A stretch of DNA of 64,000 nucleotides, from NCBI GenBank assembly GCA_002633005.1, contig NMRA01000111.1, positions 524,866 to 588,865 of the forward strand, given 5' to 3'. Below are positions 23,350 through 35,299 of the stretch, piece after piece. This DNA is from Phoronis australis. Lineage: Eukaryota > Animalia > Phoronida. The notes beneath the pieces were generated by a model. That model saw only the letters and a list, made by a program, of their open reading frames with translations. It made no database searches and was not told where the DNA came from. The first letter of the stretch is position 1. The number at the start of each line of letters is the position of its first letter. Both the position numbers and the translations under genes were made by a program.

Positions 23350-25012
23350 TGTTGAATAGTGTTTGTAAGGCTAAATGTTGTAAAGTATTGTACATTTTAA
23401 GGTACTTATTATGTTAAAAGTTTTAATCATTTTGGTTAATGAATAAAAATGATAACATTTTGTATTGGACTCCTTGTCATACTTATGTGCTTGAACGAGC
23501 CCCCTATTTGGAGAAATGGAAAAAGGTCTGCCTCAGTCAGATAAGCACGAATTCCGAAAAAAGGAGAAAATAAGACAATATTCCACTTGAATTCTAGATA
23601 GGAAGTACCAAAATTAAGCGTCTGCAATTCATAGCTCTGAACATACCCAGTGAATCTTATAGTAAAAGATAGGCATTCCCAAAAAGTCCAGCACCCCCTA
23701 TTCTTTTAGGCTTTGTGCACTAAATACAAAGTCTGGGCAAATCTCTATTGAAAGCCAACAACTTTGAACAGTTCGCGAGAAGTACCCAAGTTCTAAATAA
23801 ACCTCGTTTGAGCGAGCGCTGTGGCCAGCGACCAGTTAGTCCTAAGGGTAGCCTTGGCGCAAAGCTGTATAGGCCTACATGTACTAACAAGCTGTATTTT
23901 GAGGATAGTCTTCACTGTTAGCTGGCACTGAGGCTAGCTAAGGTCTGCCGCGGCAGTGTGACACAGGACTAACCAGCCCGTAATTTCATGCAAGTGTCTA
24001 AAACTATCTTTGACTATATGCGGCATTTATGGTTTGAGCATTTTACTTGACAAAACAGCTCACAACCGCATGCATTTACCGTTCGCCAGTGTATGGTCTC
24101 GTTCGGCACCGGGTCCGATACGCTGCGGTCCCGAGTCTAGCAAAATAATTTCTGTCAAAATTTATTCGCCACATTTCTTCAGCAAATTCGATAAAGTTGT
24201 CCGTATTTTGATTTTATTAAAATTAAGGCGCGCTGTCGATTATTTTATCCCCGTTTGCAAAGTGGTAACAGGCACTCGTCCATCCACACTGACGGCGATT
24301 TTTAGCGGCTAGCCTGGGTTCCTGAATGAATTGTACTTCCGGGTTCGCGGCAAGTTCAAAACGGCGGTGGTTCTTAGGGTGCGAATCGCGAATGGCGCGT
24401 TCATTTAAACTTTTTTCGAGTACGAATCTTGTATTAGTTATGGGGTAAGTACTCCTTGGATCCTTATAACATCCTCTAACCATGTAATAAAGTTTAACAA
24501 CGCGTGCGACCAGGTCTTTAACCAAGAAGAGATTAGAAAATATCCAAACATCTGTCTTACGCGGTGACGTTAAAGGACAGTAGACGTCAAAATGAGATTG
24601 AGTAAAATAAGGTGAGGGGAGTTTCTGCTTTTTTAAGAGATCAGTCAATGCATAATGGAAGAGTAATTAGTGACACTTTACTTGGGTAAACAATTTCTGT
24701 TTACACTTACATCTGAGGTTGCCTACACACGCGACGTTTGGAATGCACTTAAGGTGTAATGCAGAAAGCTTGTGTTTCGTATTCCGTTTCCAAAATTTGC
24801 GCTTGAATAATTGTTCGTTCAACAACTCGACAACCAAAATGTCTTTTAAAAGCGGGGTGGCTACTTTTTAAGTTGAAAGCATGGCATCATTTCGGGTTGT
24901 CAGTGACGTTGACGATGACATCAACAACTTTTGTGACTTCCGGTTCCGGTCTCGGCCAATGAAGGCGTTCTAATTGGTCTTCTTGGGAATTTTGCCAATA
25001 TTTTTGATAACT

Positions 25013-25473
25013 ATGCCGGGTAGAAATCAACGAAAAGCACTTCGCTCTCAAAGTGCAATACAAGAAGAAACGAATCCGGACGAAAGCGCTTCTACTAGCA
25101 AAAGCTCTGGAAATGTTGCTATCGCCAGTGACTGTGAGGCCGACATGACAGTTTCCACGCCGGTAGAACTCAGCTCAGACTCTGACGGAACGGTAACCTT
25201 GTCCGAATTGAAGTTCCTAATCATTGAGTCAACTACTCGCTTGGAAACAGTCTTCTCTGATAGATTTTCTAAGGTTGAGGACAGAATGTTGGATTTAGAA
25301 ACAACACAAGAATTTATTTCTAACAGACTAGACGCAGTGGAAAATAAAATTCAAGAGGCAAACCTCCGTAGGCTTGACCAGGTTGACATTCTGCAAAAGC
25401 GTTTAGCTCATGATGAATGGAGGTCTAGAAGATATAATCTCCTGTTCTACGGTATAAATGAACCCATTCGTGA
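25013..25473 (+). mobile_element. Non-LTR retrotransposon (L1/Tx1/CR1-type) ORF1 N-terminal fragment
   Basis: Basic/Ser-rich N-terminus, heptad coiled coil (FSKVEDRMLDLETTQEFISNRLDAVENKI) and the RSRRYNLLFYGINE motif. Cut at the assembly N at 25474. Confidence 0.7.
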
Positions 25474-28400
25474 NAAAATAACGAGAGTATGTACATGGAT
25501 GTAATTTACGAAAAGAGTTAATTTTAGTGATGTCTTTCGATTGGCAAAGCTCAATTTGTAATCTAAGCAGGCGAAAGTAAATGAAATAGTGACTTTAAAA
25601 CATCGATGCACTGCTACTGGCGAAAGCATTGTCATTCCGGCGCACGTGACCATACGTCCTGGATAATTTATTCAAAGAGTTGTTGTGAACTTGGAATGGC
25701 GCTGACTTGACAATGATGAGCAGTCATTTGCTCTATTCTGGGCATCTTGGGTCCCAAAACGTAGCAGATGGGATCCGGAATAAAACATGGCGCGCACGAA
25801 GTCAGGCGTAGTTGCGATCGGTTTTTCCTTGCTGCCACAACGACAATTAGAGGAACGTATGAGTTTGTAGAAACGGAGGAGACGGTTAGAGTAGCCAAGT
25901 TATTAAGTACTGTGACAACTGGACCTCTGCAGTAAGATTCTTCCTTGAAGTACAGCTAAATGTGAACGAGGATTCAGCAAAATGAATCGGATAGTAACAG
26001 AGGAACGCTGTTGCTTGCTATTAGAAATTACCTCCAGCTCGTTGTTTGGCAAGGTCAATGGCCTTAAATTCCATGTTCGATCCACAACCTTATGCCAAAA
26101 CGTTTATGATTCGACAACACGGAATCGCTGAATGTTCTCAGTCCAAATAATCATGTAACTTAGAAAAGAACAAGACTGCAAGCAAAAAAGTTTGTAGACG
26201 ATTCTGTAACTATTATATAAAGCCCTCTATCTTTGGACTGGTCACTCGTACCTGGTGTTTTACTAACTTTAAAAACTAAATGAAAAAATAAGAACAGATG
26301 CTTGCAAGAAAACGCTGCTTCAAGTTTGTGCATTATACACGAGTGAATGCACATGTGCACATTGCACGTGGTGTTCAGATCTTGAAAACCTCAGTGTTTG
26401 TGTAGCATCGCGTTTGTGTAATTAGTCTTTAATTGAAGCGTACGGAGTAACATATGTTCGACGAATAATGAAATTTAAGATTCATATTTCAAGATAAACA
26501 GTTATGGTGTCACACCGAAGGGCCCCGAGGACACACCCCATGCCGCCAGCATATCGTTTCTTGGCGTTACTCTTCTATCTTCCTTTAAAACTGTGTTTGG
26601 CCCCCTTTCAGAGACCGCTTGGAATGCCCGCGGACCTTTGCCTTCCTATGTGTGTGGTTAGGCCCTTTCTGTGACATCCTGGATTCGCAATTGTAGTATC
26701 GATGTAAATACCCACTCGTGAATCAAAAATAGGCCTATATGTTGTGAGTCAGGTTTTGCGAATTCAATGCACTTTTAAAATTCAGTGTTCAGGGTGATAC
26801 GGTGAGCATTGGGCGCCTACTTACCTCTAAATTTATCACTACAACACTGGATATTACCAGGAATCTCTTCCTGATATTACGCATTAAATCAATGTCACAA
26901 ACCTAAGGTCACGCGGTTCCTGTATGCCCGGAGCATTAAAACGTATTGATGTGATGAGTAATGTTCAGTTTTAATGATTCAGTTTTCCGGAGTCGATCAT
27001 TATATCAACATTTTTAGTACACATACTTTCTCAGATTAAGTTTTAACCACAGAATTCTGTAATTTTGACTAAATAGGTTCTCACACTAGTATCAAAAGTC
27101 TGCAGTAATGAAACGTGGTCGATCGTTTGAGTTTGTGCAAAATGGTACACAAACAAGATTTTGGAGAGTTAAGAAAAAGAATTGCTTGTATGTAAAAAAA
27201 GATTCAGTTCTGGTATACCATCGAGTTCAAAAAATGTTGTTCTCATAATAACGCAGGCGTTCACGCTCATTGGGTCAGCTACGCCGAGCGTGCGGCTTTA
27301 TTAATGAAACGGGCCGCGCGCTGGGATCCGTTCCTCAGTGATGCGTACGTTTTTTGGTAAATCCAGAATGGTGATCCTCAAAGCCGCACTTCAAAACTTC
27401 TTCCAAAACGAGCGGGTGGAGCAGCTCGAGAGCTCCTCGACTTCTCTGAGTAATAATGCTTGCTGGAGTCCACTCCAAATTGAAAAATCTTTCATGGAAC
27501 AAGTCCCAATGCAGATAAAATACTTATTAAGAAACGGAGAAAACACGACACCTCGGTTACCATTGTTTATTCATTGTTGTTGATGAAAATATCTACTTGT
27601 TGTCCAAAGTAGTTCTGCTAGGTTCCCAGTAACCCTGTGAAACCTGGGAGATAATTGGCCTGCATGTTACCATACGAGACAAAAGACTGTTCTGGGTAGT
27701 TAACAATTAAAGGAGCCAGATGTTATCACACCCTCACAACCCCTCACGTCTGATCGAGGTAGAACGCCGTAATGTTTTCGGAAGGGCTTTTCTGCTCTCG
27801 CGCTCCCTAGTGGCAAATTGATTTTTTGCGTCCATAGCTGTATCTCCTTAACTCGTTGGATGATCTTTTTTGAAATTTGACAGATTTGTTATTAAGGAGA
27901 TAGCAACAGATGACGACGAGCTTCAGACCAATCCGACTACAGCTGTGACCCCTAGTGTATGGCAAGTATATATTTTTACGTTTGCCTCTGTTGTTCGAGT
28001 TGGGGATTGATTTTCGTGAAATTTAGCAATTAGGTTTCTATTAAGGAGACAACAATGCCTATTCATTGTCTGACTGCTTGCCATTCTATTATTTCGAGTC
28101 CGTTTCTTTTTTTTTGGCGTCCGCCCCTTTATCCGCCAAATTCCTCAAAGGATCACTATTAAACTAACGGTTGTGTTAATAATGAGAAGGCCATGTATCA
28201 CGCTCAAAATAAAGATCCCCCACTGATGGTGTCTAGGCAGACATTCATCCAAAATGTATTGAACATCGTGACTGTATTAATGGGGACTGCGGTATAAGTA
28301 CGTTCTTCAGTAAAAATTTATGTTGCAAAACCAATAACAGATTTCGCCTTACAAACAATGCATAGATTATCATGCAAAACTGCTGAAGTCTTAGTACAAG

Positions 28401-29128
28401 TGCTGCATTAAAGAGCACGTGTGTGGCATCGAACAAGTCCGCACTAAAATCTTTAGATGGAACTATTATTTTCTTTTGTGTTCTCTGGCATTTTTGTCAT
28501 TCAGTGATAGCGTTCATCTTCGCTCACTGGACCCACTTCCCCCCCACACCCACACTCACACGTATAGGTCAAGATGAAATTTCAAACTATAGTAAATCAA
28601 ATTAGCATGGAGATTATTAAAACATTGACCTAAAGAAAACTGAACAGGGGCCCCTGCAGCAGGGTTAATGCAGAAATTCCCCTATTGGAGTAGCTAGGAT
28701 TATTCCGCCCGCCGGTTACCGTGATCCTTGCAAGTGACTATTACCAAAGCAAGCCGTTGCCAAACATGGCACCAAAATTATAAGACTCAAAAAAGTCTGA
28801 AAATACTTAAGTTTCTCAGTGACGCTTGGTAGCCTGCAATATTTTATTACATAGTTTTAGATTTTTTATAAATATGACACCGTATAAACACCCAGCAATC
28901 GGGTTTATCCAATCAACATGCAGGAACAATACACCACTTGTCAACGGACCTCGTGTCAATAAAGGCTGATTGGACAAGTCAAAACCGTTGGCAATGTGCA
29001 TTGCCATTTTCAGGCACTTAGAATATTTTGAAAAAGCCATTTCAACCATGAAACAGTAACGGCCCCTTTTAACTTCACAAAGCAGCAAGAGATTGATTTC
29101 TAGTGTTGGTTGCTAACACATTATTCAG

Positions 29129-29409
29129 TGCTGACTATAACAATATTTATTGCTGACTATAACAATATCATTGCTGACTATAACGATATCACTGCTGACT
29201 ATAACGATATCACTGCTGACTATAACGATATCACTGCTGACTATGACGATATCACTGCTGACTATGACGATATTACTGCTGACTATGACGATATCACTGC
29301 TGACTATGACGATATCATTGCTGACTATGACGATATCATTGCTGACTATGACGATATCATTGCTGACTATGACGATATCATTGCTGACTATGACGATATC
29401 ATTGCTGAC
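29129..29409. repeat. 21-bp minisatellite (TGCTGACTATGACGATATCA[C/T]), ~13 copies
   Basis: Directly visible tandem array with a variant gradient. Confidence 0.95.
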
Positions 29410-29810
29410 ATACTAAATTCTTGGAATATCCTGTTATTTATACGTTTCTAGGAAATATTCTTGTGTCCTGGCAACATGCTTTACCTTATTTACCCGTTGT
29501 CATTAGGTTCCTGTGTCATCCTATCTACTGTGTATAAACGTTTCCGCTCTAATACATGTAGCTCGGTACCGATAAAGTATGTGACACAAGATATTCTTGA
29601 TACGTTAGCGCAGAATAATACAATGGTTCCCGAAATTATATCGTGGTCAGTCAAATGTTTTGCTTCGGCCTGCTGAGCCAAGTCCTCTAATCATTCATTT
29701 GCTCCGATTGTTGCCGAGATAAAGCCCTTTTTGTAAGCCTATCGAGCACCTCATGATCGTTGACAGGAGATACGTTTCATAAAAATCCAAACCTGAAATT
29801 AAGTATTTTG

Positions 29811-29978
29811 CATGCGCGCACCCAGCCTAATATATAGGGGGAATCGAATTTTTCCGTTCGCGGACCTTTTACTGAAAGATATCAATGAGGACTAAAAAAA
29901 CAGGACCACTAAGTTCAGGCTCGTTCGGGCTCCCGGAGCCCCCCCCNCGCCCCCCCCCCCCCCCTGGGTGCGCCCATG
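29811..29978 (-). mobile_element. MITE family 1, copy 2 (opposite orientation, shorter, contains an N)
   Basis: CATGCGCGCACCCAG..CTGGGTGCGCCCATG; TSD TTTTG/TTTTG. Confidence 0.8.
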
Positions 29979-32037
29979 TTTTGTTCGTTTGTTCGCAAAG
30001 TTTTGTGCCAGTGGACGCAAGCTCCTATCTAATATTCAGTTCTTGAGAGATGAGACGATTAAACAGTTTTGTTTCATTATTTTATAATCAAGCCATCAGA
30101 TGGTTTGTGGTAAGTCTGCGTGCGTGAGCATGAAAACCAGGGGCGAAAATAGAAATAAGGAAGGTCGAACCTACCTGGCTCAACAAAACCTAACGTACCC
30201 AACATTTTGCTGTGTCTATCCGGCGAAAAAAATCTTTGGAAGCACAAACAGACGAGTTTGACATTAAGACCAATTGGCAGTCTGTTAATAATTGTGTTGA
30301 AGACAAGTAGACATAAATGTCCCTAGTGGAAACGTAATTAACGAAAAACGGGGTTAGATATATATAGAACAAGATTGGTTTATATTAAACTAGTACGTAA
30401 TATATATGAAGGAACGTGTGGCCACTGGGAGGAGTCAATTGATTGACAGCAACAGTGGTTGCAAAACTAACATAAACATCTAGATGCAATTCTTGACAAT
30501 TATAAATTTGAATATAACTGAAATTTCATGATGGCAATTTTATAACTACTACTCATTATTTCATTTGGAAAATATTCAACGACAGGTAGATAATCCAAGT
30601 TATTGAATAACTCGAAAGCATTTCCAGTATCAAAACGTACAAATTCACTGAAATCAATAATTTGAAAGAGCACTGTCATTTGACTATACAAATATACCTA
30701 ACTCACAATGTTGTGTCTAAAAACTGATCAGGATCTAATCTTTTTTCTCGAAATCAAAATCGAAAATAGTTTGATATTTTCTGTTCTACTTTATAACAAA
30801 TTCAAAATAATTGTCCATCATTCTGTGCTCAAGTATATTATGGTTCACGTTGAGTATTGTCTAGTCCAAGTTTGTATTTGATGACGGCAGGATTCGAGCT
30901 ACGACTCGAGTAGAAACTCGGGATTTTGGGTTAGAACTCGAGATTTCGAGATCAGACTCGAAATTTAAGCTTCTGGGGTCATCAAATGCAAAATAGGGTT
31001 ACACAATCAACCATGTAAACTACAATATACCCGAGCACACAACTACAGACAATTACTTTGAATTCAAGCATAAAATGGCAACACTCTTTGTTCGTTTTCA
31101 ACTAAAAATATCACATCCTTGGCCCTGGGCAGGCATGTAAGTTTAATCTTTGTACTCGAAATTATGTTTAACAAATTTTCATTCTATTCTTGTACTAAAT
31201 CAAGATAATTATCTATTATTCTATGCTCGTTTACATTACCAGAGACTTCTGAAAAGATCTGATATCTGAACCTAAGTATTGAGAGAAAGATCCTGAGTAC
31301 GGCACGAGGTTAATACAATACCACGGTAACGGCCGTGTTGGTGGAGTATCTTTTCGATTGAAATGTTATATGTATATCTCTTTCATCTCGATGAAATTAG
31401 TAATATATGAAAGTGATCTCATATTGAGCATCTGGAACGTTTTTTATAGTCTTGAATTTCCCCTCGGAGGTGAACGTTATTTGAACATGCGTGGGCAAGT
31501 GTTTTTTTCACTTTTAGTCGGTGAGCGCAACTAGGTCTCAAATGAATTGGGGTACAGGACAGAAGCAACTGTATTTTTGGTCTTTGTCAGAAATTGTCAG
31601 TAAGTTTGTTTAAAAGGTAGCTATGCTTTGAGATTGTGCGTAGATGGAGAAAGAATGATTAAATCCAGTAATTAATTTATTATGTAATAACCATTAGTAA
31701 GACATATGAAACCTGTTGTTAATTAATAATCAATTCAGTACAAAGAAGAGTAACTACACTAGCGCCCTCTTTAAAGGTTACTTCAGTCAATCAACCATAA
31801 TAATCTAATGTCTTATCTGCTATCCATTGAGCTGTAGGACTCTCCACTTGTTGGATGACAGCCCTGTTGGTGAATCCTCGAACTACACATATTGTATTGC
31901 TATAGTGTACTTGCTGGTCACTGTCTCTCGTGACGCAACACTTGCAGGTAGTATCTTTTTTCTACGATTCCTCTCGCTGGTCGCTGTCCCTCGTGACGCA
32001 ACGTATAGGAAGTATCTTACTACCCACGATGCGCACC

Positions 32038-32503
32038 CCACCCGTTCCAAACGCCGTAACACCATTCAAGAGTCTATTAAATGCAAGCCGTTACATTCTT
32101 GCAGCTCACTGTAATATATTACTACAATACATTATACATTGTAACACTCTTCAACAAGCACAGAATGAGACGGCCTTTTCTTTGAGCAACGAGAACAACA
32201 TTGTGAAGTCGCAAAACCTAAGAGTTCTGGGATAGCGGTACTTTCATCTGAGGTTGCCACTTTGTAAATTCGGCCCAAAATACAGATTGCCGCTAGTCTC
32301 GATGCTGAATATAAGCCAAAATCTTGGCAACAAGAGTAAACATCGACTTGATCTTGGAGCGCACTGTAACACGCATTTAGGACTCGTTGAAGAGTGTTAC
32401 AGTGCATAATGTATTGTTGTAATATATTACAGTGAGCTACAAGCATGTAACGGCTTGCATGTAATAGACTCTTGAATGGTGTTACGGCGTTTGGAACGGG
32501 TGG
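32038..32503. mobile_element. MITE with ~120-bp TIRs (CCACCCGTTCCAAACGCCGTAACACCATTCAAGAGTCTATTA..)
   Basis: Arms are clear reverse complements (mirrored ORFs PPVPNAVTPFKSLL); no TSD recognised. Confidence 0.8.
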
Positions 32504-32928
32504 ATTCAAGTGACAAGCTCTCAGTTAACTTCCTGTTCGTCAGGGGGGCACAGAACAGTTCTTACAGGGGTTTGCCAATCAAAACACATGTCAATGGACT
32601 CGTCACCCTTTCTTCACTCTGTCAAAAACTGCAGGAAAAGAAAGTTTTGAGTCATTTCACATTACAAGTATAAAATAGCAAAACTAGTAAAACTAAAGCG
32701 ACGAGCGTCTGTACCAACTTTGAATATATTAAAATATCCCCACGTTTCGAGCGATACGCTCTTTGTCAAGGGTGTGCTAGAGACTGCTGAGTGCATATAG
32801 ATGGATCTAAAATAAAATCGCAAAGGAGATCACATGGTGACATACAATAGACAACGTGAACAATATGAACAATATCGGACATAGCAACTACCAGTGGGGT
32901 AGGCTACGTACGTGATGATGACAAGAGT

Positions 32929-32981
32929 GAGAGAGAGAGAGAGAGAGAGAAAGAGAAAGAGAGAGAGAGAGAGAGAGAGAN

Positions 32982-33051
<70 letters not shown>
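32929..33051. repeat. (GA)n microsatellite
   Basis: Directly visible; contains an N. Confidence 0.97.
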
Positions 33052-33294
33052 CCAACAGAGACAGCTACTGGAGTCTATTCACTACAGACTTCTATTGAGA
33101 TAAAATCCCTATGTCTCTGTTTAGGCCTTTGGCGTGAGTGTTGAATTTTGGCATGTTTTCGTGAAACAACGGGCTACATAGACTGATTTTCAAATTTTTA
33201 GCCCAAAATCAAAAGACAATAGCCAATTCTCTGAGACTCTTTGAAAAACATTCTCCATGTGCATTGCGGTCTACCAGAAAAACACGGCTCATGC

Positions 33295-33570
33295 ACTCCT
33301 AAGTACAACGGCGGCTTGCAAACCTGTAAACTCAGCTCACCGACTCACAGACACAGCCCCGCGGCACTCACAAAACACGTCGTACTCACCCCAAAACGGT
33401 TCAGCGAAGAGTCCGTGAATCGTGCCGTGTTTGCGGTCGGCAGAGGAGCTTTGCTTTTTGTGTGCATTACCCCGTGTTCTGTGAGTTCTGGGCTGTTTTT
33501 TGAATCAGTGAGCCGTGTTCATGAGTGCGGAGTTTTGTTCATAAGTGCATGTATGAGCCGACGGTGTTGT
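33295..33570. mobile_element. Degenerate foldback MITE related to 61494-61904, just upstream of the fucosyltransferase
   Basis: ACTCACAAAACACG / CGTGTT..GTGAGT subrepeats in inverted arrangement; ends eroded. Confidence 0.5.
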
Positions 33571-33724
33571 TCGGGTGACCTGCACTGCACCCGCAAGAGA
33601 AACGGTACGTACTGAAACTCTCGGTTGCTCGCACAAGTGGTGACTGCAGCTGGCGTGATGATATAAAAGGGTTTATTACGATCGAAGTTATAGTTTCAGA
33701 TTCTACGGTTGTGTTACGGAGTCA

Positions 33725-34894
33725 ATGCATTTTCTCAGGATATTATTTCTTGTTGTTGCCATCGTTGGAAGTCTCTTATTTTCATTATGGTTGGAAGAAA
33801 ACATACATTTGGTTCCTCATTTTGTGCCATCCCAAAACGGTAGCGGTGTTATGCATGTGTTCCGAGAAAAAGAGATCTCACGTGGGACTACCAGCGAAAG
33901 ACCCACGCGTACAGAATGCTGTTCGTATTCTTATTGGGATGAGAAAGAAAAAGTAATTGTTGGAACCAATCCGTACTATTTTGTCAGGAAAAACTTCATG
34001 GGTAGACTTGGTAACCAAATGTTCCAATACGCATCGGTGTACGGGATTTCTCGACTGTATAATGCCACCTTCGCTATCCGACCTGGTTCAATGATAGAGA
34101 GAACATTCATCAACGCCAAAGCTCATCAACTACCCACAGATGGCATTGTTGTTCATCAGAGAGTCAATGAACGAGGTGCAAGTATTTTCAATAAAAATGT
34201 GTTCAATTTGCGTGCTGTCAACACGTCCTTTGGGGGATATTTGATTTCGTACAAGTACTTTCACAATTATAGTTCGGAAATCCGACGGCAGTTTGTTTTC
34301 AAAAACGACGTTTACACGTCCGCATTTGAATTTCTAAACAATGTTATGAAGAAGTTTAAGATGCCAATAAGTAGAACGTGCATATTTGCAAAAATCCGTT
34401 GTTTAGTTGATCGTAGGTTAGATCAAATCATTCCCGAAAATGCTACGGAGGGACTTCCGGCTCCTGATGGAGATCCCGTTACGCTGGTTGGGATCCACGT
34501 GCGGCGCGGGGACAAACTAAAACTGATCAAATGGGGCAACACACTGCCCGGACCTGATTACTTCCAACGTGCAATCGACTACTACAACAAACGGTTTAGC
34601 AATATAATATTCGTCGTGTGCGCAGACGATAAGAAATGGGTGACTAACCACCTTTTGAACGACACATCTATAGCTATAACCCTTTCCCAACTGACGACAC
34701 CAGAAGAAGACATGTGCTTATTAACTTTGTGCGATCATGTTATTTTGTCTGACGGGAGTACGTTTGGATTCTGGAGTGGTTACCTTGGAGGGGGAAATGT
34801 TGTGTATTGGCGAGGTTGGCCCCGACCGGGAAGTGGACTGGCAGAAAAAATAAACCTTAGTGACCGCTGGTTGCCACACTGGGTCGGTCTGTGA
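33725..34894 (+). CDS. Galactoside alpha-1,2-fucosyltransferase (GT11, FUT1/FUT2-like), type II membrane protein, single coding exon
   Basis: 389-aa ORF with N-terminal TM anchor (ILFLVVAIVGSLLFSLWL) and motifs GRLGNQMFQYA, GYLISYKYF, VGIHVRRGD, DYFQRAIDY, IFVVCADD, DMCLLTLCDHVILS.GSTFGFWSGYL. A tttcag acceptor at ~33699 suggests a 5' UTR intron. Confidence 0.95.
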   Translation: MHFLRILFLVVAIVGSLLFSLWLEENIHLVPHFVPSQNGSGVMHVFREKEISRGTTSERPTRTECCSYSYWDEKEKVIVGTNPYYFVRKNFMGRLGNQMFQYASVYGISRLYNATFAIRPGSMIERTFINAKAHQLPTDGIVVHQRVNERGASIFNKNVFNLRAVNTSFGGYLISYKYFHNYSSEIRRQFVFKNDVYTSAFEFLNNVMKKFKMPISRTCIFAKIRCLVDRRLDQIIPENATEGLPAPDGDPVTLVGIHVRRGDKLKLIKWGNTLPGPDYFQRAIDYYNKRFSNIIFVVCADDKKWVTNHLLNDTSIAITLSQLTTPEEDMCLLTLCDHVILSDGSTFGFWSGYLGGGNVVYWRGWPRPGSGLAEKINLSDRWLPHWVGL

Positions 34895-35299
34895 TTAAAA
34901 GTCTTGAAGAAAAAGTGAACTCCGGCAGGTGTCAACAACTGATGTAGCCACTGGTGGGGTATAAGGAGGCCATGATCCCTGCAGCTAAGTTCAAAGACGT
35001 TGGTGATTCAGCACGTGCGTGAGCTTGCATGAGTAACTCAAAGCGTTCCTACAATGGATTTTTGCACTTTTTGAGTTTTAGACCGTGTATAATAATTTTA
35101 TAAATTAAGATCTAACTGAAGAAACACTTGTTTGGGGAAATAATTGAGGAATGTCGAATTTGAAAGAAAACTATGATTTTTTGGTTTCCCGCCACGTGAT
35201 GTCATCAGTGGAAGACACTGAACAGTTGACTGCATTAATGCAATGGTGTGTATTATTTTGTAAATTACGAATACCTACATGTAGAGAGCAAGGGCTTGA

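Noticed and set aside
23036-23417. ORFs of 100-160 aa here and at 50934-51422, 51856-52275, 39176-39529, 32132-32509
   Set aside because: They run through GC-rich MITEs and are open by composition, with no protein motifs.
32912-33103. RE-repeat ORF, and poly-I/Y ORFs at 44388-44774 and 19855-20176
   Set aside because: Translations of microsatellite or low-complexity DNA.
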